From: Candidatus Eiseniibacteriota bacterium
GTDB lineage: Bacteria; Eisenbacteria; RBG-16-71-46
Direction of reading: 5' to 3'
Length of the DNA: 64,000 nt
Assembly: GCA_963717505.1 (NCBI GenBank)
Contig: OY970342.1
Location: 3,456,001 to 3,520,000, forward strand
Made by a program: the position numbers and the translations under genes. Below are positions 50,901 through 62,400 of the stretch, in pieces. Position 1 is the stretch's first letter, and each line of letters opens with the position of its first letter. Below the pieces are notes generated by a model, which was not told the DNA's origin, made no database searches, and was given only the letters and a program-made list of their open reading frames with translations.

Positions 50901-53503
50901 TGACCTCGGACACGTTCGTCCAGACCGTGGTTCCGGCCGGTGCGATCACCGGCCCGATCTCCGTTCAGACCATTCAGGGCACCGGGACCAGTAGCTCCTC
51001 GTTCCTCATCGCGCCGCAGATCAACCTGGTTACCCCGTTGCAGGCGCCGGTGGGCGAGACGGTCCGGCTCCTCGGCGCCGGCTTCACCGGCACGACCACC
51101 GTCCTTTTCAATGGCACGACCGCGACCTTCGTCGTGGCGAGCGACGTGATGACCCGTGCCGTCGTCCCGGCCGGTGCCACCAACGGCCCGATCACGGTCA
51201 CCCATGCCGGCGGCTCCGACGTCTCCGATCAGTCGTTCACCGTGGGACCGCTGATCCCCGGAGCGATCAACCTGTCCTGGGACGACTGCGGCCCGGCCGG
51301 CAGTGCGCTCAAGACCTTCGCGTGCGACGTCAACTCCGAAACGCGCTCCACCCTGGTCGCATCGTTCACGCCCCCGGGCGGCGTCGACTCCTTGTTCGGG
51401 CTCGTGGGGGACGTCCGCATCGCGAGCGCCGGCGACCTGCCCGACTGGTGGAAGCACGGCGCCGGCCAGTGCCGGGGCACCGGCGATCTGTCAGTGAACG
51501 TGAACTTCACGACCGGACCGACTTCGTGTGCCGATCCGTGGAACGGCGGCGCCACCCAGTCCTTCGGGTATCAGGTCGGCTACGCAGGCCCGAACACGGC
51601 GCGCCTCACGGTCAACGCGTACCTACCGACTCCACGCACGGTCCAGGTCGGAGTCGAGTACTACGCGTTCAAGGTCGGCATCAAGCAGAGCATGGTCGAA
51701 CCGAACAGCACGTGCCCGGGCTGTCTGGTCAAGACCATGATCACGCTGCAGAACATCCAACTGGTCCAGCCCGCGCACCTCGAGTTCAGTCCCATCCTCA
51801 CGCAGCCGCTCGACGCCAAGGTCACCCACTGGCAGGGTGTTCCCGGCACTCCGCCCGCGATCGCATCATTCGCACCGGCGGCCGGGCCGGCGGGCACGCC
51901 GGTGACGGTGACCGGATCGCGCTTCACCGGTGCCTTCCAGGTGCAGTTCAACACTCAGCCCGCAACATTCACCTTGGTCTCGGAGACGCAGATCGACGCG
52001 ATCGCGCCCGTTGGTGTGCGCACCGGACCGATCCGCGTGTCGACCCCCGATGGCACGGCTTCGAGCGGCGGGACGTTCTTCGGCCCTCCGAACATCACGG
52101 CGTTCACGCCGCTTCGAGGGCTCGTCGGAAGCATCGTCGCAATCACCGGCGTCAACTTCACCGGAGCGACCGAGGTGCTGTTCCACGGCACCTCCTCGAC
52201 ATTCACCGTCTCCTCCGATGTGCTGATTCGGGCCACCGTGCCGGACTCGGCCATCGACGGGCCGATCACCGTGATCGCGCCCGGTGGAACCGATGTCTCC
52301 GACAGGGACTTCGATGTGACCCCGGTGGTCATTCCTCCGAGTAGCAGTGGCATCAACCTCGCGTGGAATGACTGTGGTGACCCCTCGTCCCAGGTGTTCG
52401 CATGCAACGTCAACTCAGGCGTCGCCACGGCGGTCGCGTCGTTCTTGCCACCCGCGGGGATCGTCGAATTCCTGGGCATCTCGGCGGACATCAACATCCA
52501 GTTCCCGGGTACGTCCACGGTGCCGGATTGGTGGAAGCATGGGACCGGGCAGTGCCGCGGCACCACCGGTCTCGCCACGAACTTCGACTTCACCGCCGGC
52601 CCGTTCAACTGCCTCGACTTCTACTTCGGCCAGGCCGCCGGGGGTTTCGCCTACGACATCGGCTACGGCGCTCCCAATCGAGCGCGGCTGCGCGTACAGT
52701 GCGCGGTGCCCTTCGAGAATCGCGGACCGGTCGAGACCGATTACGAGTGGTATGCATTCAAGGTGAACTTGCTGCGCTCCAAGAGCACGGGGGCCGGCTC
52801 GTGCGCGGGCTGCGACGTGCAAGCGTGCCTGGTGCTGAACTTCATCCAGCTCTTCCAACCCCCTGAAAAGAACAACGACCCCGTGCTGATCCGGCCGGTG
52901 AATAGCAGCGTCATCACCTGGCAGGGTGTGGCCTCCGACTGCGCGGCGAGCTCCACGCCAGTCCTGGTGTCGGTCGTCACAGCAGAAGCCACCCCCGACC
53001 GGGTGCGGCTGGTATGGCAGACCGAGGACGTCGACCGGCCGACGGTCCACCGCCGCGAGGCCGGGGGCGAGTGGCAACATTTGGCGACGCTCTACCCCGA
53101 TGGCGAGTACCGCGTAGCTTACGAAGACACCGACATCACGCCCGGGGCGACCTACGACTACCGCCTGGGCGTTCCCATTCCGGCGGGTGAGTTGTACCTG
53201 GGCGAGACCCGGGTCACCGTGCCGGCAATGGCCCCCGCCACGCTGGCACTCGCGCGCGTGGCCTGGGACGGCTCGGCGGGAGCGCTCGCGGTGTCGCTGT
53301 CCTTGCCGCAGGGAGGCTCGGCCTCGCTCGAACTGTTCGACGTCAACGGGCGCCGGCTGATCGGCGAGCGTCTCGAGGGACTCGGCGCCGGAAGTCACGA
53401 GCTTAGCCTCAGACCTGCCCAGCCGCTCATGCCGGGGGTGTTCTTTGCCCGCGTGACCCAGAACGGCGAGGCGGCGAGCCGGAGGTTCGTGGTCGTTCAG
53501 TAG
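47929..53503 (+). CDS. Array gene 2: 5 Cys-rich domains, 4 IPT/TIG pairs, C-terminal module (several indels in 47950-48290)
   Basis: The signal peptide and first domain are split over the 47869, 48018 and 47996 frames; the rest is intact to RRFVVVQ. Confidence 0.82.
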
Positions 53504-53531
53504 GGCACTGCGTCACCGAACGGGGGTCGCG

Positions 53532-55862
53532 ATGAGCGTGGTCGGCGGTCGGCACGGTGAGGCACTTCGCCTCGGGCGCCAAGCTGTAGCCTGGGTCGCC
53601 ATCGCGACCTCGGTCGTGGTGGCGGAGGGAGCGGGCGCAGAAGGCATCAATCTCTCCTGGGACGACTGCGGGGTCACAGGCCCCCGGCTCAAGACTTTCT
53701 CGTGCAACACGAATGCAGGCGAGGACGTTTTGGTCGGTTCGTTCCGGCCGCCCGATGGGATGACCGAGTTCCTCGGGATATCTGTGGACCTGCGCATCAC
53801 CTCGGAGACCGAAACCATTCCTGACTGGTGGCACCATGGTACCGGTCTCTGTCGAGGCACGACCGGATTGGCCACGGACTTGGACTTCACCGGGAATTTC
53901 AACTGCATGGACTTCTACCGTGGCAGCGCGGCCGGTGGGTTCGCCTACGACGTCGGTTTCGGCGCTCCGAATCAGGCGCGCCTGCGCATTCAGTGCGCGG
54001 TGCCTTTCGAAAACCGTGGTCCCATCTCGAGCGCAAACGAGTACTACGCATTCATGTTTCGCCTCCAGCACAACAGGAGTATCGGCACTGGCAGCTGCGC
54101 CGGCTGTGCCGAAACGGTCTCGATCCGTCTGAACGAGATCCAGCTGTTCCAGCCTCCGGAGCAGAACTTCGACCCGACGCTGACCTCGCCGCTCAACAGC
54201 ACCGAAGTCTACTGGCAAAACGGGCCCGAGCCACCGCCAGGGGTGTTCACGTTCGCACCTCCAGCCGGCCACGAGGGTACACCGGTGATGCTGACCGGCT
54301 CGAACTTCACGGGCGCTTCGATGGTGCAATTCAACTACCTGCCGACATCGTTCACCGTGAACTCGGACACGGAAATCGAGACGGTGGTTCCGTTTGGTGC
54401 CCGAACCGGGCCGATCCAGGTGACGACCGTCGACGGGCCAGTCGTGAGCGCCGGCACATTCGTAGTGGCTCCGCAGATCACCGGCTTCGAACCCGCTCAG
54501 GCGCCGATTGGCTATCCGGTCAGAGTCACTGGGATCAACTTCACGGCGACCAGTGCCGTTCGGTTCAACAGCGCCACGGCGGACTTCACGATCCTTTCGG
54601 ACACGGAGCTCTCCGCCGTCGTCCCGGCATCGGCGACCGACGGTCCGATCACGGTGGTCAATCCGGGGGGATCCGACGTCTCGGACGACGTCTTTCGCAT
54701 CGGGCCAGTGCAAGTCGAGGGAGGCGCAATCAATTTCTCCTGGAACGACTGTGTTGGCCCTCCCTCCGTCATCTTTGGGTGTAACAACAACGTCGGACCG
54801 CCTTTCACGGCGGTTGCCTCATTCGTACCGCCGACCGGGATCATGGAATTCCTCGGCCTGTCCGCGCAGATCGGCGTCCACGCCATCGGTCATCCAACGA
54901 TTCCAGACTGGTGGCAACACGGAATCGGGCTCTGCCGGGGAACCACGGGGCTGAACGTCGGCTACGATTTCACCTCCGGGCCGTTCTCTTGTCTCGATCC
55001 GTATTACGGAGCGGCCGTCGGGGGCTTCAGGTATGACGTCGGGTTCGGTGGTCCCAATCGCGCGCGACTGCTGGTACAGGCGGCGATTCCCTTCGAGAAC
55101 CGGCTGGCGCTCGACCCGGGTTCGGAGTTCTATGCCTTCAAAGTCATCCTGAGCCGAGACAAGACGACGGGAGTCGGTGCGTGCTCAGGCTGCATTGCTT
55201 CCGTGCACTTGACACTCGACTACGTGCAACTGTTCCAGCCACCCGAGCTTGGCTTCGATCCGATGCTCTATACGACGACGAACGGGAACGTCGTTGGCTG
55301 GCAGGAGGCAGGCTTGCCGGTTCTGGTGTCGGTGGTGACCGCCGAAGCCACATCGGATCGGGTGCGGCTGGTGTGGCAGACCGAGGACGTCGAATACGCG
55401 ACTGTCCACCGCCGAGAAGGCGAAGGTGCGTGGCGGCAAGTGGCGACCCTCGTCCCCGATGGCCTGCGCCGCGTGACCTACGAAGACATCGACATCACAC
55501 CCGGCGCCACCTACGACTATCGCCTCGGGATTCAGGAAACGACGGGTGAGGTGTACATGGGCGAAACCAGCGTTACCGTTCCGGCTTCGTCGCCCGCGCC
55601 GTTGGCACTAGCGCGCGTGGCCTGGGACGGCTCGGCCGGAGCGCTCGTCGTCTCGCTTTCGCTGCCCCAGGCCGGATCCGCCGCCTTCGAGCTGTTCGAC
55701 GTCAACGGCCGGCGGGTGGGCGAGGAGCGACTCGAAGGGCTCGAGGCGGGCGAGCACCAGCTCAGCCTGCGACCGGCCCAGCCGCTCATGCCGGGGGTGT
55801 TCTTCGCCCGAGTGACCCAGAACGGCGAGGCGGCGAGCCGGAGGTTCGTGGTCGTTCAGTAG
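53532..55862 (+). CDS. Array gene 3: 2 Cys-rich domains, 1 IPT/TIG pair, C-terminal module
   Basis: Signal peptide, [30 protein letters not shown]...RRFVVVQ. Confidence 0.88.
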   Translation: MSVVGGRHGEALRLGRQAVAWVAIATSVVVAEGAGAEGINLSWDDCGVTGPRLKTFSCNTNAGEDVLVGSFRPPDGMTEFLGISVDLRITSETETIPDWWHHGTGLCRGTTGLATDLDFTGNFNCMDFYRGSAAGGFAYDVGFGAPNQARLRIQCAVPFENRGPISSANEYYAFMFRLQHNRSIGTGSCAGCAETVSIRLNEIQLFQPPEQNFDPTLTSPLNSTEVYWQNGPEPPPGVFTFAPPAGHEGTPVMLTGSNFTGASMVQFNYLPTSFTVNSDTEIETVVPFGARTGPIQVTTVDGPVVSAGTFVVAPQITGFEPAQAPIGYPVRVTGINFTATSAVRFNSATADFTILSDTELSAVVPASATDGPITVVNPGGSDVSDDVFRIGPVQVEGGAINFSWNDCVGPPSVIFGCNNNVGPPFTAVASFVPPTGIMEFLGLSAQIGVHAIGHPTIPDWWQHGIGLCRGTTGLNVGYDFTSGPFSCLDPYYGAAVGGFRYDVGFGGPNRARLLVQAAIPFENRLALDPGSEFYAFKVILSRDKTTGVGACSGCIASVHLTLDYVQLFQPPELGFDPMLYTTTNGNVVGWQEAGLPVLVSVVTAEATSDRVRLVWQTEDVEYATVHRREGEGAWRQVATLVPDGLRRVTYEDIDITPGATYDYRLGIQETTGEVYMGETSVTVPASSPAPLALARVAWDGSAGALVVSLSLPQAGSAAFELFDVNGRRVGEERLEGLEAGEHQLSLRPAQPLMPGVFFARVTQNGEAASRRFVVVQ

Positions 55863-55873
55863 GGGAGAGTGAC

Positions 55874-58800
55874 GTGGCAGCCGTCCGACGAAGATGGGCA
55901 GCGCTCGAACCCGCGTCGACTCGGCGGTGCGCTGCCGTTGCCGCGTTTGTCGCTCTTCTCGCCGGCGCGGGCGTGACCCACGCCGCAGGCATCAACCTGT
56001 CGTGGGACGACTGCGGTGTCGCGGGCGACGAACTCGAGACGTTCGCTTGCAGCACGATCACCGCCACACCGGTCGCGTTGGTCGGCTCGTTCGTTCCACC
56101 CGCGGGCGTCGACCAGCTCGTGGGATTCTCGGCCGAGATCCGCATCGAAGCCTTCGCACTGCCGGATTGGTGGCACACCAGTCCGTGCGGCGGGGGAGGC
56201 GTGCTGACCACGGATCTCGACTTCCGCTCCGGGCCTGGTACCTGCCTCGATCCCTGGAGCGGTCAGGCCTCGGGCAGCTTCACGTATCAGGTTCGCTACT
56301 ATGGTCCCAACACCGTGCGTCTCGGTGTTTCGGGCTTCGTCCCCGAGGCTCGGGCGATCGTCACGAATCCCTCGTCCGAATACTATGCTTTCAAGGTCCT
56401 GATCAATCAGCCCTATTCGATCATCGCTGGCTTCGCCTGCAGCGGTTGCGAAATTCCGGTCCGGCTGACACTCCAGGAGATCCTGCTCTTCCAACGAGTC
56501 TCCGCCGGATACGACCCGCTGCTCACCGAAGCGGTGACTCGCAACACGGTTCGCTGGCAGGGGGAACCAGGACCACCGCCCGAAGTTCTATCGTTCGACC
56601 CGACGAGTGGGCGTCCGGGCGACGAGATTACGATCCGCGGCCGCTACTTCACCGGGGCGAACCACGTGCAGTTCGGAACTGCCCTGGCATCGTTCACCGT
56701 GGTTTCAGACTCGATGATTGTTGCGGTCGTGCCCAGCAACGCTGCAACCGGCCAGATATGGGTCGGCACCATTCGCGGGGCTGGCCGTAGTGTCGACGAG
56801 TTCCGCGTTGCTCCGACCATCCGCTACTTCATTCCACGTCAGGCGCCGGTCAGCCACTGGATTGCGATCACCGGGAATGGGTTCACCACATCCGCTTCGG
56901 TCACGATCGACGGCCATGCGGCCGAGGTCGGATTCCGCGCGGACACTCTGGTCCAGGCCAAGGTGCCTGCGGGGGCCGTCGCTGGGCCCATCGTCGTCTC
57001 TGTGGACGGTGTCGCCGACACCTCCGACGCCATCTTCACCGTCGGCCCGTGGTTCGAGGGTCGTTTGGAACTCGCGTGGAATGACTGCTCGGGCGGCGGC
57101 AGCGACCTCGAGACGTTCGCGTGCAACACCAACAATGGTTCGTCGTCGTTGATCGGCTCGTTCATCCCACCACCCGATGTGATCCAGCTCGTGGGCTTCG
57201 AGGCCGACGTCCGGATCACGGCCGGGGCGCTACCCAACTGGTGGAAACACGGTCTCGGCCAGTGCCGCGGGCCGTCAGCACTCGATTCTGACTTCGACTT
57301 CCGATCCGGGCCATTCACGTGTCGCGACCTTTGGGCAGGCAACGGAAGTGGAAGTCACAACTATCAGGTCGGCTACTACGGACCGAACACGGCCCGTCTG
57401 CGTTTGACGGCGTTCGGCCCCGAGCGGCCGGTGAGTTCCGATTCGCAGTACTACGCCTTCCGACTGAACGTTGGCCGCACACGCACCGTGGGCAATCCTA
57501 GCTGCTCGGGCTGCGGCGTCCCGGTCAGCCTCTCGCTCCAGCACATCCAACTCTTCCAAGACCAGAACGTGTGGTTCAACCCACCTGCGATCACAACGCC
57601 GGTTCGCCGCAACACCGTGTTCTGGCAGGGAGCGCCTGGACCGCCCCCGCTGATCTATTCGTTCGTTCCCAGCTTCGGGACGCCGGGAACGAGTGTCACC
57701 GTGCGGGGCGCGGGCTTCACCGACGCGTTCTCGGTGCGTTTCGACCTTGCCCCGGCCACCTTCATCGTGGTCTCGGATTCGATCATCTCTACAACAGTGC
57801 CGGACTCGGCCCTTGCAGGCCCGATCCATGTGTCCACAACCCGCGGCGCCACGTCGAGCGCTCAGGATTTCATTCAGCCGCCTAGGATCATCCAGTTCAC
57901 GCCACACCAGGGACTCGCGGGCCGTACCGTGACCGTAACCGGGGAGAACCTGCTAGGCATGACGCAGGTCGAGTTCAACGGCCTGCCGGCATCCTTCGCG
58001 GTCTACTCGCGAAACCTCATGACCACGACTGTGCCGGCTGGGGCCACGGATGGTCCGATCGTGGTGACCAACCCCGCCGGTTCGGATACATCGGACGTTG
58101 GGTTCATCATCGCCCCGATTGGCCCGGGAGGGACGATCAATCTCTCGTGGGACGACTGCGGCCTTTCGGGAACAGTTCTCAAGACCTTCGCTTGCGACGC
58201 CAACACAGGCACGCCGTTCACCTTCGTGGGTTCATTCGTGCCTTCGAGCACGTTGCCGGAGTTCCTCGGAGTGTCGGTGGACATGGTCATTCGCTGGGAC
58301 ACGTCCAATGTCCCCGACTGGTGGCGCCATGGAAGCGGTTTGTGCCGGGGAAACACGGGACTCGCGACCAATTTTGATTTCACCTCCGGGCCGTTCAGCT
58401 GCCTGGATTTCTACGTCGGATTTGGGGCTGGCGGCCACGCCTATGACCTCGGGTATGGTTCGCCCAATCAGGCGCGGCTCCGAATTCAGGCAGCCGTGCC
58501 GTTCGAGAACCGCGGTGTAATCGATCCGTCTTCGGAGTACTACGCGTTCAAGGTCAGCCTCCTCCGGGGGAAAACGACGGGCAGTGGATCGTGCAATGGC
58601 TGCTTCGAGCCCGCCTGCATCGTCCTCAACGAGATCCAGCTCTTCCAGACGCCTGAGCTGGCCAATGATCCTCGCATCACGAACTCGGGGGCTCGCAACT
58701 TCGTCAACTGGCAGCAGGAGCTGCCATCGTGTCCGGGCGCTGTGCCGACGCTGGTTTCAGTCGTGACGGCCGAGGCCCGCTTCGACAGAATCCTGCTTGT

Positions 58801-59290
58801 CTGGCAGACCGAGGACATCGAACGGGCGACCGTCCACCGCCGCGAGGCGGAAGGAGAGTGGCGACAGATCGCCTCGCTCTATCCCGACGGCCAAGGTCGC
58901 GTGACCTACGAGGACACCGACGTCACACCCGGGGCGACCTACGACTATCGCCTGGGCGTTCCGGTTCCGACCGGCGAGGTCTACATGGGGGAGACCCATA
59001 TTGCCGTGCCCTCGGCCGCTCCCGATCCGCTCGCTCTCGCGCGCGTGGCGTGGGATGCCTCCGCCGGAGCGCTCGCCGTGTCGCTGTCCCTGCCGAAGGC
59101 AGGCTTGGCCTCGTTCGAGCTGTTCGACGTCAACGGTAGGCGACTGGGAGAGGAGCGACTGGAGGGACTGGAAGCCGGACGTCACGAACTCAGCCTGCGG
59201 CCGGCCCAGCCGCTCATGCCTGGCGTGTTTTTCGCCCGCGTGACCCAGAATGGCGAGGCGGCGAGCCGGAGGTTCGTGGTCTTCCAGTAG
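55874..59290 (+). CDS. Array gene 4: 3 Cys-rich domains, 2 IPT/TIG pairs, C-terminal module
   Basis: Signal peptide ending THA; domains near 55988, 57060 and 58132; ends RRFVVFQ. Confidence 0.88.
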   Translation: MAAVRRRWAALEPASTRRCAAVAAFVALLAGAGVTHAAGINLSWDDCGVAGDELETFACSTITATPVALVGSFVPPAGVDQLVGFSAEIRIEAFALPDWWHTSPCGGGGVLTTDLDFRSGPGTCLDPWSGQASGSFTYQVRYYGPNTVRLGVSGFVPEARAIVTNPSSEYYAFKVLINQPYSIIAGFACSGCEIPVRLTLQEILLFQRVSAGYDPLLTEAVTRNTVRWQGEPGPPPEVLSFDPTSGRPGDEITIRGRYFTGANHVQFGTALASFTVVSDSMIVAVVPSNAATGQIWVGTIRGAGRSVDEFRVAPTIRYFIPRQAPVSHWIAITGNGFTTSASVTIDGHAAEVGFRADTLVQAKVPAGAVAGPIVVSVDGVADTSDAIFTVGPWFEGRLELAWNDCSGGGSDLETFACNTNNGSSSLIGSFIPPPDVIQLVGFEADVRITAGALPNWWKHGLGQCRGPSALDSDFDFRSGPFTCRDLWAGNGSGSHNYQVGYYGPNTARLRLTAFGPERPVSSDSQYYAFRLNVGRTRTVGNPSCSGCGVPVSLSLQHIQLFQDQNVWFNPPAITTPVRRNTVFWQGAPGPPPLIYSFVPSFGTPGTSVTVRGAGFTDAFSVRFDLAPATFIVVSDSIISTTVPDSALAGPIHVSTTRGATSSAQDFIQPPRIIQFTPHQGLAGRTVTVTGENLLGMTQVEFNGLPASFAVYSRNLMTTTVPAGATDGPIVVTNPAGSDTSDVGFIIAPIGPGGTINLSWDDCGLSGTVLKTFACDANTGTPFTFVGSFVPSSTLPEFLGVSVDMVIRWDTSNVPDWWRHGSGLCRGNTGLATNFDFTSGPFSCLDFYVGFGAGGHAYDLGYGSPNQARLRIQAAVPFENRGVIDPSSEYYAFKVSLLRGKTTGSGSCNGCFEPACIVLNEIQLFQTPELANDPRITNSGARNFVNWQQELPSCPGAVPTLVSVVTAEARFDRILLVWQTEDIERATVHRREAEGEWRQIASLYPDGQGRVTYEDTDVTPGATYDYRLGVPVPTGEVYMGETHIAVPSAAPDPLALARVAWDASAGALAVSLSLPKAGLASFELFDVNGRRLGEERLEGLEAGRHELSLRPAQPLMPGVFFARVTQNGEAASRRFVVFQ

Positions 59291-59479
59291 GGCTCGCCCG
59301 CCTGGCGGTCACTTCGCTGCTCAAACGCGGTCAGAAGCCTGCTCCCTTACACGCGTCGAATAAGGGCTAGTCAAGATCGGCCGCGGGGAGTAGCCTACGG
59401 GCTCTCCCCAAGAGGACCGGGTTGCATCGCGGCCGTTTCGGGTCGTCACCGGAGGGTCGCTAATCCTCGCGGAGGAATT

Positions 59480-62400
59480 ATGACGACCTATCGCACGTGG
59501 GCTCCTGCCCTTGCGACCTTCGCCATCAGCGGCGCTCTCATCCTCGCGGCCGCACCCGCTCGAAGCTCCGGCATCAACCTCGCCTGGAACGACTGTGGCA
59601 CGGCCGGCGCAACCATTCAGTCGTTCGCCTGCGACACCGACCAGGGCGCGCCCTTCAGCCTGGTTGCTTCGTTCGTTCCGCCGGCCGGCGTCGGCGCGCT
59701 GATCGGCGTCTCGGGCGACCTTCGTATCTCGGGACCCGAGCTTCCCGATTGGTGGAAGCATGGGTTCGAACAGTGCCGGGGCGGCACGGGGCTCTACCCG
59801 GATGTCGCGTTCGCGCCGGGCGCTTGCGCAAATCCATGGCCGGGCAGCCAGACGGCGGAAATCACCTACCGGCCCGATGCGCTGGATCCCAACACCGCCT
59901 TTGCCACCGTTCGGATCTCGATCCCGGACGGCCAGACCGAAGCACTCTCGGCCGCCAGCGAGTACCACGCGTTCACGTTGCGCGTCGCTCGCACGCTGTC
60001 GATCGGACCGGACGCATGCGCGGGGTGCACCGATCCCGTGCGGCTCTTGCTCGAGCGCATCCAGTTGCACCTGGCACCGGGAGCGGGAGAGGACCCGGTG
60101 ATCGAATCGGCGCTCGCCAGTTCGGCCGCCTACTGGCAGGCCGAAGTCGGGACTCCACCCGAGATCACAGGCATCACGCCCGACAGCGGGACTCCCGGCA
60201 CCCAGGTCGACATCGCGGGAACGAACTTCACCGGTACCTGGTCCGTGCGCTTCGGCGAGGCGGAAGCCTCGTACACCGTGGCTTCTGATCAGCTGATCCA
60301 CGCGACCGTGCCGCCGCTCGCACAGACCGGCGAGATCCAGGTCGTGACCTCGTTCGGCTCGGCTTCGAGCCCCGGCATTTTTCTCGTGCCGCCGATCGTC
60401 TCCGACTTCCTGCCGCGCCAGTCCCCGGCCGGATCGGAGGTCACGATTCAGGGGATGAACTTCGCCGATGCGACCGCGGTCGAGTTCAATGGAGTTCCCG
60501 CGTCCTTCACCATCGAGTCCGCATCCGCGATTCGCGCCACGGTGCCGAACGGTTCGGTCGAGGGACCGATTCGCGTCACGAGCCCGAGTGGCGTCGGAGT
60601 CTCCAGCCAGTCGTTCGCGTTGGGTTCACCGCAAGGCATGCTCAACTTGTCGTGGGATGAATGCGGTCTGGCCGGAACCGACCTCAAGAACTTCTCGTGC
60701 CTCACCAACTTCGGCCCGTTCGATCTGATCGCGTCGTTCGTGCCGCCCCCCGGCATCGAAGAGGTGGTCGGCATGACCGCGACCCTGCGGGTCACGAGCG
60801 ACGCACTGCCCAACTGGTGGGGGCAATCCGGCACGTTCTGTCGAGGCCTGTGTTCGACGGTGGACTTCTCCGACGACTCGGGCTGCACCGACCTCTGGGC
60901 CCTGCGCGGCGCCCAGGCGTTCCAGAATCTGGAATTGGGCTACTTCGGACCGGGCAGCGCCCGCCTGACGACGTGGGCCTATTCGACCCTGGGAGCGCTC
61001 GATCCGGCCACCGAGTACCTGGCGTTTCGCATCGTGGTTGCCTCGCATCCATCGCGATCCAGCGCGTGCGACATCCAGCAGGGCCCGATGGACTTCGCGC
61101 TCGACGAGATCCAGTTGCTGCAGGCGAACTCGGTCGTGACGCCGATTCATGACGTGCTCAACCGGAACACGGCGCACTGGCAGGGCCAATCGGGGCCAAG
61201 ACCTCGCGTGGACGCATTCTCGCCCGCGGCGGGAGCCCCCGGAACGTCGGTGATTGGTTTCCGGCGACCACTTCACCGAGGCACACTCGGTGCGCTTCGG
61301 CGAGTTCGAGGCGTCGTTCAAGGTGGTGTCCGACGAGCACAGATTTCGGCGACGGTGCCGCCGGGGGCTCGGACCGGCGCGATTCGCGTCGCCTCGCCCT
61401 ACGGTTCGGACACGAGCGACGAATCGTTCATCGTCGCGCCCCGAATCCTCAGCTTCACGCCCCGACAGGCTCTGGTCGGGGCCACGGTATGGATTCAGGG
61501 CGAGAATCTCGGCGACGCCACCCAGGTCACGTTCCATGACGGCGTCAGCGCCGCGTTCCAGATCATCTCCGACAGCGAGCTACGCGCGACGGTGCCTGCG
61601 GGCGCTGCGGACGGGGCGATTCGGGTGGCAAACCCAGGGGGTGAGGGAGCGTCCAAGCTGAGTTTCGTCGTGGGCGACGACTTTGTTCCCGGCATCAATC
61701 TGTCCTGGGACGATTGCGGCGAAGCCGGCGCCACCCTCTACACGTTCGCCTGCGACGAAAACAGTGGGGCGCCGTTTGCCATGGTCGCATCGTTCCTTCC
61801 ACCGGCAGGCGTCGCCGAATTCGTGGGCTTGTCCGCGACCCTCATGATCGAGTCCGAATCGGAGATCCTGCCGAGTTGGTGGCAACACGGCCTCGGCTAC
61901 TGCCGTGGCACGACGCGGCTCTCGACGGCGTTCGACTTCCGGTCCGGACCCTACTCGTGTCGCGATCCGTTCCTCGGCCTGGGCGCCGGCGGCTATGACT
62001 ACGAGTCGCACTGGGATCGCCCGAACCTAGCGCGCCTGCGCATCCAATGCGCGGTGCCCTACGAGATGCGGGGCGCCGTCGAACCCAGCGATGAGTACTT
62101 TGCGTTCAAGGTCCACATTCTGCGCTCGAAGACCACGGGTGATGGAGCCTGTAGCGGCTGCGACGAACCGGTAAGCATCTCGCTGAGCGAGATCCAGTTG
62201 TTCCAGCCGGCGTTCCGAGGGTTCGACCCGATCATCGCCACGCCGCACGGCGCCAGCGTGATCTCGTGGCAAGCGACCAAGACCACGACGCCGGTCCTGG
62301 TCTCGGTCGTCACCACCGAGGCCACGCCCGATCGCGTGCGCCTCGTCTGGCAGACCGAGGACGTCGACCACGCCACCGTCCAACGGCGCGAGGCCGAAGG

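Noticed and set aside
58741-58770. VPTL in array gene 4 as an IPTL-CTERM exosortase H signal
   Set aside because: It lies about 180 aa from the C-terminus, aligns with PVLV in the paralogs, and is not followed by a TM helix and basic tail.
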